A stretch of DNA of 64,000 bases from an uncultured Gemmatimonadaceae bacterium (GTDB taxonomy: Bacteria; Gemmatimonadota; Gemmatimonadetes; Gemmatimonadales; Gemmatimonadaceae): contig CAYGJL010000001.1 of assembly GCA_964350145.1 (NCBI GenBank), forward strand, positions 25,209 through 89,208, given 5' to 3'. The notes beneath the pieces were generated by a model. It worked only from the letters and a program-made list of their open reading frames with translations, ran no database searches and was not told the DNA's origin. Below are positions 8,999 to 17,861 of the stretch, in pieces (position 1 is the first letter of the stretch; every line of letters starts with the position of its first letter). Both the position numbers and the translations under genes were made by a program.

Positions 8999-9943
8999 AT
9001 GAACACGCTGGTTACAGGGGGGTGCGGTTACAAGGGAAGTGTGCTGGTGCCAAAGTTGCTCGCGCGCGGCCACAAAGTTCGCGTGCTGGATACTGCCTGG
9101 TTCGGCAACTACCTCGCGCCGCATGAGAATCTGATTGTTACGGTGGGCGACGTTCGCGACACAGACGCGATTCCGCTCGACGACGTCGATACCATCATCC
9201 ACTTGTCTTCGGTCGCGAACGATCCGTGCGGGGATCTCGATCCGAAGCTGACGTGGGAGATAAGCGCGCTGGCAACGATGCAGCTCGCGGACAAGGCCGC
9301 GCGGGCCGGCGTCAGGCAGTTCATTTACGCGTCTTCGGGAAGCGTGTACGGCGTCAAGGACGAGGATCAGGTCACCGAAGACCTCGATCTCAAGCCGATA
9401 TCCGAGTACAACAAGACGAAGATGGTTTCGGAGCGCGTGCTGCTGAGTTATTCGGACGACATGGTCGTGCAGATCGTCCGGCCGGCGACCGTATGCGGCT
9501 ATTCGCCGCGGATGCGGCTCGACGTTTCAGTGAACCTCCTGACCATGCAGGCCCTGTCGAAGGGGAGGATGACCGTTTTCGGCGGCAAGCAGGTGCGCCC
9601 GAACATCCACATCGATGACATCACGGACGTGTACCTCCACATGATGGATCACCCGGAGGTTACCGGCACGTACAACGCCGGTTTCGAGAATATCTCCATT
9701 CTCGACATCGCCAGCCTCGTCGCCAAGCATCTGCCCGTCGAGATCGTGGTCACGGAGTCGAACGACCCCCGCTCCTACCGTGTCAACTCCGACAAGCTGC
9801 TGGCCACGGGATTCAGGCCGAAGAAGGACGTGGAGACCGCGATCACCGAGATGATAGACAAGTTCCGGGGCGGCGCACTGCGCGACGAAGACCGCTACTA
9901 CAATCTTAAGTGGATGCAGCAGACACTCTTTCAGCCCAAATGA
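8999..9943 (+). CDS. NAD-dependent epimerase/dehydratase (extended SDR)
   Basis: GAGGAG RBS 4-9 nt upstream of ATG 8999. LVTGGCGYKGS, ASSGSVYG, YNKTKMVSE (S-Y-K triad). Confidence 0.75.
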   Translation: MNTLVTGGCGYKGSVLVPKLLARGHKVRVLDTAWFGNYLAPHENLIVTVGDVRDTDAIPLDDVDTIIHLSSVANDPCGDLDPKLTWEISALATMQLADKAARAGVRQFIYASSGSVYGVKDEDQVTEDLDLKPISEYNKTKMVSERVLLSYSDDMVVQIVRPATVCGYSPRMRLDVSVNLLTMQALSKGRMTVFGGKQVRPNIHIDDITDVYLHMMDHPEVTGTYNAGFENISILDIASLVAKHLPVEIVVTESNDPRSYRVNSDKLLATGFRPKKDVETAITEMIDKFRGGALRDEDRYYNLKWMQQTLFQPK

Positions 9944-10530
9944 GCCCGCGAGCCGGCGCGACACAGGCGCCCTTCTTTGCGGACTACGCCTCGAGACTCC
10001 AGGCGGTCCTCAGCTCCACCGACTGGTCCGACGTCGAGCGGCTCGCGCGCGACATGCGAGATTGCTGGGCGGGTGAACGTCAGGTTTTCCTGTGCGGGAA
10101 CGGTGGCAGCTCCGGTAACGCGAGCCACCTCGCCAACGATCTCCTGTACGGGATCGCCAGGCAGACTGGGGCGGGGATGAAGGTCAACGCGCTGACGACC
10201 AACATCTCGGTCATCACCTGCCTCGCCAACGACGTCGGCTACGAACACATCTTCTCGGAGCAGCTGGCGGTGCAGGCGAATCGGGGCGACCTGCTGATCG
10301 TTCTGTCCGGCAGCGGTCAGTCCCCCAACATCGTCAAGGTGCTGGAGCAGGCGAAGGAGATGGGAGTCCGAAGCTACGCGATCCTCGGCTACTCCGGCGG
10401 GCGGAGCAAGTCACTCGCGGACGTCGCGATCCATTTTCCGATTGACGACATGCAGATCTCCGAGGACCTGCAGCTGATCGTGGGTCACATGGTCATCCAA
10501 TGGCTCTCGGCCAACCGCCCGGTGGCGTGA
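9940..10530 (+). CDS. SIS-domain sugar-phosphate isomerase, GmhA (sedoheptulose-7-P isomerase)-like
   Basis: FLCGNGGSSGNASHLANDLLYG and LLIVLSGSGQSPNIV match the GmhA/SIS pattern; 196 aa. ATGA overlap with the upstream stop. Confidence 0.7.
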   Translation: MSPRAGATQAPFFADYASRLQAVLSSTDWSDVERLARDMRDCWAGERQVFLCGNGGSSGNASHLANDLLYGIARQTGAGMKVNALTTNISVITCLANDVGYEHIFSEQLAVQANRGDLLIVLSGSGQSPNIVKVLEQAKEMGVRSYAILGYSGGRSKSLADVAIHFPIDDMQISEDLQLIVGHMVIQWLSANRPVA

Positions 10531-10533
10531 TCC

Positions 10534-11529
10534 GTGGCGGCGCAGCGGTATGCCGTCATCGGCAGCAACTCGTTCGGCGGGGCCGCATTCGTCGCTCGCG
10601 CGATCAATGATGGAGCGGAGGTCGTTGGCTTCAATCGCTCGCCCGAAGGGTCGGACATCTTCCTGCCGTACCGCCAATCCGCCCGGCGCGCGGCATACGC
10701 TTTCCACCAGGCCGATCTCAACCGGGACCTGACGCGCATTCTCGAGGAGATCGAGCGGTTCCGCCCTGACGCGGTGATCGATTTCGCCGGCCAGGGCATG
10801 GTGGCGGAGAGCTGGCAGAACCCGGCGCAATGGTACACGACGAACATCGTCGCGAAAGTCCGGCTGCACGACGAACTGCGCAAGCGGGAATGGCTCTCGC
10901 GATACGTGCGCGTCTCGACTCCCGAGGTGTACGGCAGTCAGAGCGGGCCCTCGCGGGAATCCTGGACCTACAGTCCGAGCACCCCGTACGCGGTGTCGCA
11001 CGCGGCGACGGACATGAGCTTGCGCGCGTTCCACGCCAACTACGGATTCCCCGTCGTGCTGCCGCGCTTCGCCAATTTTTACGGTCCGGGGCAGCAGCTG
11101 TATCGCATCATTCCGCGCACGATCATCTCCGCGCTGACCGGCAAGAAGCTGCAGCTCCACGGCGGTGGGACGGCTGTGCGGGCGTTCATTTTTGGGGACG
11201 ACGTCGCGGACGGAGTGATGCGGTGCATCCACACCGGCCGAACCGGCGAGGCGTATCATTTCTCGCCGGAGCGCTTCCTCACGATCCGGGAGGTGGTCGA
11301 GACGATTTGTCGGCGCCTCGATGTTCCGTTCGAGTCCGTAGCGGAAGTCGCTCCGGAGCGGCCGGGGAAGGATCACGCCTACCTCATGGATGCGAGCAAG
11401 GCGCGGTCCGAGCTGGGCTGGCAGGAATCGGTCACGTTCGAGGAGGGCGTGGATCGCACGATCGCCTGGATCCGGGCGAACCTCGACGAAATCAAGGGAA
11501 TGCCGTGGGATTACATCCACAAAGCATGA
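10534..11529 (+). CDS. Extended-SDR NDP-sugar dehydratase/epimerase-like protein with atypical active-site residues
   Basis: VIGSNSFGG glycine-rich N-terminus. VSTPEVYG and PYAVSHAA occupy the positions where RmlB-type enzymes have STDEVYG and YxxxK. Confidence 0.65.
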   Translation: MAAQRYAVIGSNSFGGAAFVARAINDGAEVVGFNRSPEGSDIFLPYRQSARRAAYAFHQADLNRDLTRILEEIERFRPDAVIDFAGQGMVAESWQNPAQWYTTNIVAKVRLHDELRKREWLSRYVRVSTPEVYGSQSGPSRESWTYSPSTPYAVSHAATDMSLRAFHANYGFPVVLPRFANFYGPGQQLYRIIPRTIISALTGKKLQLHGGGTAVRAFIFGDDVADGVMRCIHTGRTGEAYHFSPERFLTIREVVETICRRLDVPFESVAEVAPERPGKDHAYLMDASKARSELGWQESVTFEEGVDRTIAWIRANLDEIKGMPWDYIHKA

Positions 11530-11542
11530 GACGGCTACACTA

Positions 11543-12694
11543 ATGACGCAAACGGTAAACTTTCTTCCCGATCAATACCGGGAAACCGGCAAGCTCGAGA
11601 TCAATCACAGCTATCTTCGCGAGCAGTTCGCCGACCACGACGCGATCTGGGCCAGGATGCGGGAAGTGGTGGTTCGCGGCGACTTTACCCTGGGCTCCGA
11701 CGTAGATCTTCTGGAGCGGGAATTCGCGGAGCTGTGCGGCACGAGCCACGCGATCGCTGTTGGCAGCGGGACCGACGCTCTGTTCCTGAGCCTCAAGGCG
11801 CTCGGCGTGGACAAGGGTGACGAAGTCATCACCACGCCGTACACGTTCTATGCGACCATCGGCGCGATAGTGACGGCAGGGGCGACGCCGGTGTTCGTGG
11901 ATGCGGGCGACGACTACAACATTGATCCGGCAGGCATCGAACGGGCGATCACCGGCGCGACCAAGGCGATCATGCCGGTACACTGGTCGGGTAAGCCGTG
12001 TGACATGGATTCCATCGAGGCCACCGCGGCGGGACACGGGCTGGCGGTGGTGGCCGACGCCTGCCATGCGATCAAGGCGACGTACAAGGGGCGCCCCGCG
12101 GGCTCACTGGGCACGACGGCCTGCTTCAGCTTCCATCCGCTCAAGAACCTGAACGTGTGGGGAGACGGAGGAATCATCACCACCGGGTCTGACGACCTCG
12201 CCGACAAGCTGCGCCTGCTGCGCAACCACGGCCTGGCCGGCAGGGACGAGTGCCGCGTGTTCGCGTACAACTCGCGCCTCGACACGATCCAGGCAGTCGT
12301 TGCGCGGCATCTCCTGGGAAAGATCGACCACATCACGGGCTCGCGGGTCGCGAACGCCGAGTACTTCGACGCGGAGCTGCGCGGGATTCCGGAGGTCATC
12401 GTCCCCAAGCGGGAGCGTGACATTTATCAGGTCTACCATCTGTACATGATTCGCTGCGAGCGGCGGGACGAACTCCAGGCGCACCTCGTGGCTCGCGGCG
12501 TGGACGCCAAGGTCCACTATCCGGTGCCCATGCACCTGCAGCCGGCGGCGGCGATGTTCGGTCACAAGGCCGGCGATTTTCCCGTGGCCGAAGCCATCGC
12601 CGGCAGCGCCTTGTCCCTGCCCGTGCACGAATTCATCACGCGCGAGCAGCAGGCACGCGTGGTCGGCGCCATCCGGGAGTTCTATGGCCGCTGA
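11543..12694 (+). CDS. DegT/DnrJ/EryC1/StrS-family PLP-dependent sugar aminotransferase (1 of 2 in tandem)
   Basis: AVGSGTDALFLSLKALG, FSFHPLKNL (PLP lysine), LRNHG. Start ATG 11543; the ORF-track start at 11390 overlaps the upstream gene. Confidence 0.85.
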   Translation: MTQTVNFLPDQYRETGKLEINHSYLREQFADHDAIWARMREVVVRGDFTLGSDVDLLEREFAELCGTSHAIAVGSGTDALFLSLKALGVDKGDEVITTPYTFYATIGAIVTAGATPVFVDAGDDYNIDPAGIERAITGATKAIMPVHWSGKPCDMDSIEATAAGHGLAVVADACHAIKATYKGRPAGSLGTTACFSFHPLKNLNVWGDGGIITTGSDDLADKLRLLRNHGLAGRDECRVFAYNSRLDTIQAVVARHLLGKIDHITGSRVANAEYFDAELRGIPEVIVPKRERDIYQVYHLYMIRCERRDELQAHLVARGVDAKVHYPVPMHLQPAAAMFGHKAGDFPVAEAIAGSALSLPVHEFITREQQARVVGAIREFYGR

Positions 12695-13808
12695 AATGCA
12701 GGTTCCATTCGTGGATCTCGCCCGGCAGTTTCGCAGCATCGAGCCCGAGCTCACGCGGGCATTCCTCGAGGTTGGACGCAGCGGCGTGTACATCATGGGC
12801 GAGCGACTCGAGTCGTTCGAGGCGCGCGCGGCGAGCTATTGCGGCGTTCCACACGCGCTCGGCGTGGCGGACGGGTCCAACGCGCTGTTTCTCCTGCTGA
12901 AGGCGCTCGGTGTCGGACCGGGTGACGAGGTGATAACCGCCACGAACTCGTTCATCGCGACCGCGTGGGTGATCGTGGCGGCCGGCGCGAAGCCGGTGCT
13001 GGTGGACGTGGCCGACGACATGAACATCGACCCGGATCGCGTCGAAGCCGCGGTGACCGCGCGCACCCGGGCGGTGATCCCGGTGCACCTGACAGGACGT
13101 CCCGCGCGGATGGACGAGATCAACGCGATCGCCGGGAAGCACGACTTGTTCGTGATCGAGGACGCGGCCCAGGCGATCGGCGCGCGCTACCGCGGCCGGC
13201 GCGTCGGCTCCCTCGGAACGGGCGCCGGATTCAGCCTGCATCCGCTGAAGAATCTCGGCATCTACGGCGACGGCGGGATCATTACGACGGCGGACGCCGC
13301 GCTGGACGCGAAGCTGCGAAAGCTGCGCAATCACGGGCTCAGGAACCGGGACGAGTGCGAGATGTGGGGCTACAACTCGCGGCTCGATTCCATGCAGGCC
13401 GCATTCGCCGAGATCAAGCTCGACCTGCTCGACGGGTGGAACCAGCGATGCAGGGAGATCGCGGCCATCTACCGTGACGGTCTCGGTGAGATCGTACAGG
13501 TGCCGTCGGACGAGAGCTGGGAGGAGGCGGTATATCACAACTTCGTCATCCGGACCGATGCGCGGGACGCGCTCATTCTCCATCTCAGGGCGCACGGCGT
13601 GGACACGCGAATTCATTATCCGATCCCCATACACATGCAGGAAGCGGCCAAGGACCTCGGGTACGGGCCCGGCGACCTGCCCAACGCTGAGAAATACGCG
13701 AAGACCATGATCAGCCTACCAATCTTCCCGGAGATGACGGACGAGGAAGTCGCGCACGTCGTAGACGGTGTGCGGAGCTTTTCCCGCCCGGCCATGGCGC
13801 TCGCATGA
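12684..13808 (+). CDS. DegT/DnrJ/EryC1/StrS-family PLP-dependent sugar aminotransferase (2 of 2 in tandem)
   Basis: VADGSNALFLLLKALG, FSLHPLKNL (PLP lysine), LRNHG. Confidence 0.85.
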   Translation: MAAEMQVPFVDLARQFRSIEPELTRAFLEVGRSGVYIMGERLESFEARAASYCGVPHALGVADGSNALFLLLKALGVGPGDEVITATNSFIATAWVIVAAGAKPVLVDVADDMNIDPDRVEAAVTARTRAVIPVHLTGRPARMDEINAIAGKHDLFVIEDAAQAIGARYRGRRVGSLGTGAGFSLHPLKNLGIYGDGGIITTADAALDAKLRKLRNHGLRNRDECEMWGYNSRLDSMQAAFAEIKLDLLDGWNQRCREIAAIYRDGLGEIVQVPSDESWEEAVYHNFVIRTDARDALILHLRAHGVDTRIHYPIPIHMQEAAKDLGYGPGDLPNAEKYAKTMISLPIFPEMTDEEVAHVVDGVRSFSRPAMALA

Positions 13809-14647
13809 CGGTCGAGATCTCGCAAGGCGATCTCGACGGGCTGCGCGAGATCGCGCGCGACGCGCGGCTGCGCATCATCACGAATTCGCACGAAACGCAG
13901 ACCCCGCACCTGGGGTCGTGCCTGTCGTGCGTGGACATCCTGATAGCCGCGTACTTTCATTGCCTCAGGCTCGACCCCGCGAACGCGAGAGATCCGAATC
14001 GCGACCGGTTCATTCTGAGCAAGGGCCACGGCGCGGCGTCGTTGTTCCAGGTTCTGGCGATGAAGGGTTTCTATCCCGAGCAGATGCTGGAGACCTACGG
14101 GCAGGACGGAAGCTTGTTCGCGGAGCATCCGCCCAGCCCGGACTACCTGCCGGGGATCGAGGCGGCGACGGGATCGCTGGGTCACGGCCTGCCCATAGGA
14201 CTGGGCATGGCCCTCGCCGCCCGAATCCAGGGGCGCAGCTACAACGTGATCGCTCTGCTCGGTGACGGCGAGTGTAATGAAGGATCCATCTGGGAGTGCG
14301 CGATGATGGCCGCCGCTCAGAACGTGGGGAACCTCGTGGCGATCGTCGATGCGAACAAATGGCAGGCCACCGGCCGCAGCGCCGAAGTCAGCGGCGCCGC
14401 CCCGCTGGTGAACAAGTGGCGCGCTTTCGGGTGGGACGCGCGCGAGATAGACGGACACGACATGCGGCAGCTCGTCGAGGTGATCGCGGAGAGAAGGCCG
14501 AACGAGGGACAGCCGGTCGCGGTCGTCGCGCACACCGTCAAGGGCAAGGGAGTGTCGTTTATGGAAGACGACAACAACTGGCACTACAAGATTCCGTCCG
14601 CGGAGGACATGGTGGCCGTCCGCCGCGAGCTGGGAGCGGCTCGATGA
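13805..14647 (+). CDS. Transketolase, N-terminal (ThDP-binding) subunit of a split enzyme
   Basis: SKGHGAASLFQVLAMKGF, GSLGHGLPIGLGMA, LLGDGECNEGSIWE...VDANKWQ (ThDP GDG...N motif). ATGA overlaps on both sides. Confidence 0.85.
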   Translation: MTVEISQGDLDGLREIARDARLRIITNSHETQTPHLGSCLSCVDILIAAYFHCLRLDPANARDPNRDRFILSKGHGAASLFQVLAMKGFYPEQMLETYGQDGSLFAEHPPSPDYLPGIEAATGSLGHGLPIGLGMALAARIQGRSYNVIALLGDGECNEGSIWECAMMAAAQNVGNLVAIVDANKWQATGRSAEVSGAAPLVNKWRAFGWDAREIDGHDMRQLVEVIAERRPNEGQPVAVVAHTVKGKGVSFMEDDNNWHYKIPSAEDMVAVRRELGAAR

Positions 14648-15564
14648 GAAACGCGTTCGCCGACGAGGTGACGAAGATCGGGGCCGCGGATCCGCGCGTC
14701 GTGCTGCTCACAGGCGACATCGGAAATAAGCTTTTCGACAAGTTCAAGGACAACGCCGGCCCGCGCTTCTTCAACTGCGGCATCGCCGAGGCGAACATGA
14801 TGAGCGTCGCGGCCGGGATGGCTATGTCCGGCCTCCGGCCCGTCGTGTACACGATTACTCCGTTCACCACGACCCGCTGTTACGAGCAGATCCGGGTGGA
14901 CGCGTGCTACCACAATGTTCCCGTGGTCATCGTGGGAACGGGCTCCGGCCTGTCCTACGCCGACCTGGGGCCCACGCACCACTCGTGCGAGGACCTCGCG
15001 ATCATGCGCGTGCTGCCGAACATGACCGTGCTCGCGCCCGCTGACGAGGTCGAGCTGCGGCAGTGCCTGCGCGCCGCGCTCGAGCTGCCGGGTCCGGTGT
15101 ACATGCGGATCGGCAAGAAGGGCGAGCGCGTCACGCCAAAGAAGGACGACAGCTTCGAGCTCGGACGCGCGATCACGGTCCGCGAAGGGGCAGACGTCGC
15201 CCTTATCAGCACCGGCACCGTCCTGCCGATGGTGATGGACGCGTGCGAAATGCTCGCCGCGCGCGGTGTTGACGCGCGCGTCGAGAGCTTTCATACGGTC
15301 AAGCCGCTCGACGAGCCCCGGCTGGGAGAGCTGTTCACGGGCTACCGAGTGGTGGCGACCGTGGAGGAGCACAGCGTGATCGGCGGCCTTGGCGGAGGCG
15401 TCGCCGAGTGGCTCGCGCGGCAGGGGCACGTCAAGGGGCGCCTGATTCAGTTTGGCACCGCTGACGAGTTTCTCCATGAGATCGGCACGCAAACCTATGC
15501 CCGGGCCCGGTTCGGACTGACGGCCGAAAGCATCGCGCACCGTGTGATCGAATCGCTGGGCTGA
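14644..15564 (+). CDS. Transketolase, C-terminal (pyrimidine-binding) subunit of a split enzyme
   Basis: LLTGDIGNKLFDKF, FFNCGIAEANMMSVAAGMA, THHSCEDLAIMRVLPNM. Start ATG 14644; the ORF-track start at 14296 is rejected. Confidence 0.85.
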   Translation: MRNAFADEVTKIGAADPRVVLLTGDIGNKLFDKFKDNAGPRFFNCGIAEANMMSVAAGMAMSGLRPVVYTITPFTTTRCYEQIRVDACYHNVPVVIVGTGSGLSYADLGPTHHSCEDLAIMRVLPNMTVLAPADEVELRQCLRAALELPGPVYMRIGKKGERVTPKKDDSFELGRAITVREGADVALISTGTVLPMVMDACEMLAARGVDARVESFHTVKPLDEPRLGELFTGYRVVATVEEHSVIGGLGGGVAEWLARQGHVKGRLIQFGTADEFLHEIGTQTYARARFGLTAESIAHRVIESLG

Positions 15565-15569
15565 CGGAC

Positions 15570-16190
15570 GTGCGGATCGGCTTCGATTTCGACAACACGA
15601 TCGTCAACTACGACTCTCTCTTTCACAAGGTGGCGGTCGAGCAGGCGCTCGTTCCTCCCGGAACTTCACGGTCGAAGCTGGCCGTTCGCGATTACTTGCG
15701 ATCGATCGGGGGCGAGGAGGACTGGATCGTGCTCCAGGGCTATGTGTACGGCGCGAGGATGGACGAGGCCGATGCTTACCCGGGCGCCATCGAATTCATG
15801 CGGCGCGCGCGTGAGCGCGGCGTGACGATGTTCATCGTCAGCCACAAGACACGGCACCCCTTCAGGGGACCGCAATACGATCTACACGCCGCCGCCCGCC
15901 AGTGGGTGGACCACTACCTCACGGAGTCGGGCGCGCCGCTCATAGTGCCGGACCAGGTTTTTTTCGAGCTGACGAAGGAGGAGAAGATCGCCCGAATATG
16001 CGACACTGCGTGCGATTACTTCGTTGACGATCTGCCGGAAATACTGGTCATGCCCGGATTTCCGGCGAGCACGCGGGCGATCCTGTTCGATCCCGACGCC
16101 ACGCATCCGGCGCAGGAAGGATCGGTGCGCGTCGGATCATGGCTGGACATAGACGCGTTCTTCGAGCACGAGTGGAAGTCCGGCCGCTGA
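15570..16190 (+). CDS. HAD-superfamily hydrolase (phosphatase-like)
   Basis: N-terminal IGFDFDNTIV (DxDxT nucleophile motif), FIVSHKT (motif II-like), YFVDD (motif IV-like). Confidence 0.6.
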   Translation: MRIGFDFDNTIVNYDSLFHKVAVEQALVPPGTSRSKLAVRDYLRSIGGEEDWIVLQGYVYGARMDEADAYPGAIEFMRRARERGVTMFIVSHKTRHPFRGPQYDLHAAARQWVDHYLTESGAPLIVPDQVFFELTKEEKIARICDTACDYFVDDLPEILVMPGFPASTRAILFDPDATHPAQEGSVRVGSWLDIDAFFEHEWKSGR

Positions 16191-17185
16191 GTGAGACGAT
16201 CCAGCGGCTGCTCGCCGGCGCGGGGATCCACGCGCCGGTGCTCGAGGTGAGTCCGGTGGCCGGCGGGGGCAACAACAAGGTCTTCGCCGTGCGGACCGCG
16301 AGCGAGAAGCTCCTGGCCAAGCACTATTTCAGTGACCCGGCGGACACCCGCGACCGGTTGCGCGCGGAGTTCGCTTTCCTGTCCTATGCGCATGGGATCG
16401 GCGTACGCTGCGTGCCCCGTCCCGTGGCATGCGACGCCGCGGCGCACGTGGGGCTGTACGAGTATGTGGAGGGTGGCAAGCTGGGCGCGGGCGACGTGAC
16501 CCGGGAGCACGTCGCGCAGGCCGCCCGGTTCGTGCTGGCGCTCAACCTGTCCGATCGTCGCGCCGGCGCGCGGGATCTTCCGCCGGCATCGGCGAGCGGC
16601 TTCAGCGTCGAGCAGCATCTGGCCCGCGTCGAGGGAAGGATCGGGCGGCTGCTGGCGCTGCGCGGCGACTCGCCGGCCGATGGCGGGGCGGCCGCGCTCG
16701 CCGGACGGCTGGCCGGCGTGCTGCGGGAGCTGCGCGCAAGCCTGACGCTTGCCGGCGCCGCGGTGGGCGGGGAACTCCAGCACGCAGATCGTTGCGTCTC
16801 CCCGTCAGACTTCGGCTTTCACAACGCGCTGCTGAGGGCGGGCGGCGAAGTCGTTTTCATAGACTTCGAGTATGCGGGGTGGGACGATCCGGCCAAGCTC
16901 GTGTGCGATTTCTTCGCGCAGCCCGCCGTGTCTGTTTCGCTCGACCACTTCGAGGAGTTTCTGCGGGTGGCGCTGGGCTACTCGGGCAACGCGGACCTGC
17001 TCGCGGAGCGCGCGCGACTGTTGCTCCCCCTGGTCCAGCTCGAGTGGTGCTGCATTCTGCTGAACGAATTCCTGCCCGACGCCGCCAGCCGGCGCCGATT
17101 CGCCGACCCTGAGCTCGTGCACGGCGTCAGCCGGCGCCGACAGCTCGAGAAGGCACAAGTGCTATTCAATTCAACACTGGGATAA
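16139..17185 (+). CDS. Aminoglycoside/choline-kinase (APH) fold small-molecule kinase
   Basis: GGGNNKVF nucleotide loop. FGFHNALL...VVFIDFEYAGWDDP (Brenner catalytic loop plus DFE metal site). Start may be GTG 16172. Confidence 0.65.
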   Translation: MAGHRRVLRARVEVRPLSETIQRLLAGAGIHAPVLEVSPVAGGGNNKVFAVRTASEKLLAKHYFSDPADTRDRLRAEFAFLSYAHGIGVRCVPRPVACDAAAHVGLYEYVEGGKLGAGDVTREHVAQAARFVLALNLSDRRAGARDLPPASASGFSVEQHLARVEGRIGRLLALRGDSPADGGAAALAGRLAGVLRELRASLTLAGAAVGGELQHADRCVSPSDFGFHNALLRAGGEVVFIDFEYAGWDDPAKLVCDFFAQPAVSVSLDHFEEFLRVALGYSGNADLLAERARLLLPLVQLEWCCILLNEFLPDAASRRRFADPELVHGVSRRRQLEKAQVLFNSTLG

Positions 17186-17187
17186 CC

Positions 17188-17856
17188 ATGGCTTACATAG
17201 ATTTTCTCTCCTCCACGCACAAGAGCACCAAGCGCGATTACCTGGCCCGGGTGAACGATCCGGAGTATCCCAAGGCCAAGGCGGCGGTTCTAGCCAAGCA
17301 GTGGGCGTACGACTACTGGGACGGCGACCGCCGTATCTGTTACGGCGGGTACAAGTACATGCCCGGCCGGTGGGCGCCGGTCGCCATGGCGATGATAGAT
17401 CATTACGGGCTCAAGGTCGGCGACAAGGTCCTCGACATCGGATGTGGGAAAGGGTTTCTGCTGTACGAGATGAGTCTGATCGAGCCGGGCCTCGAACTGC
17501 ACGGAATCGACGTCTCCGAGTACGCCATCGAGAACGCCAAGGAGGAGATCAAGGACCGGCTGCAGGTCGGGAACGCCACCAGCCTCCCGTTTCCCGACAA
17601 TCACTTCGACTTCGTGTTCTCTATCACCACGCTCCACAACCTGCACAACTACGATCTCGACCAGGCCCTTCGCGAGATGGAGCGTGTAGGGAAGAAGAAG
17701 TACCTGTGCGTCGAGTCCTACCGGAACGAGAGCGAGAAAGCCAACCTGATGTACTGGCAAGTCACCTGTGAGGCGTTCTGCACCCCCGAGGAATGGGAGT
17801 GGTGGTTCAAGCAGACCGGCTTTACCGGCGACTATTCGCTGATCTTCTTCGAGTGA
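17188..17856 (+). CDS. Class I SAM-dependent methyltransferase
   Basis: KVLDIGCGKGFLLYE (motif I), LHGIDVSE (motif II), FDFVFSITTLHNL. Confidence 0.75.
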   Translation: MAYIDFLSSTHKSTKRDYLARVNDPEYPKAKAAVLAKQWAYDYWDGDRRICYGGYKYMPGRWAPVAMAMIDHYGLKVGDKVLDIGCGKGFLLYEMSLIEPGLELHGIDVSEYAIENAKEEIKDRLQVGNATSLPFPDNHFDFVFSITTLHNLHNYDLDQALREMERVGKKKYLCVESYRNESEKANLMYWQVTCEAFCTPEEWEWWFKQTGFTGDYSLIFFE

Positions 17857-17861
17857 CGGAC

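Noticed and set aside
16429-17112. Same-strand, out-of-frame ORFs such as 16429-17112, 25768-26478, 46929-47579, 51825-52766 and 53910-54674
   Set aside because: They are nested inside better-supported frames (kinase, E1 alpha, MaoC::SDR, WbpG-like, Wzy). Their products are extremely Arg/Gly/Ala-rich. They are artefacts of GC-rich third-position bias.
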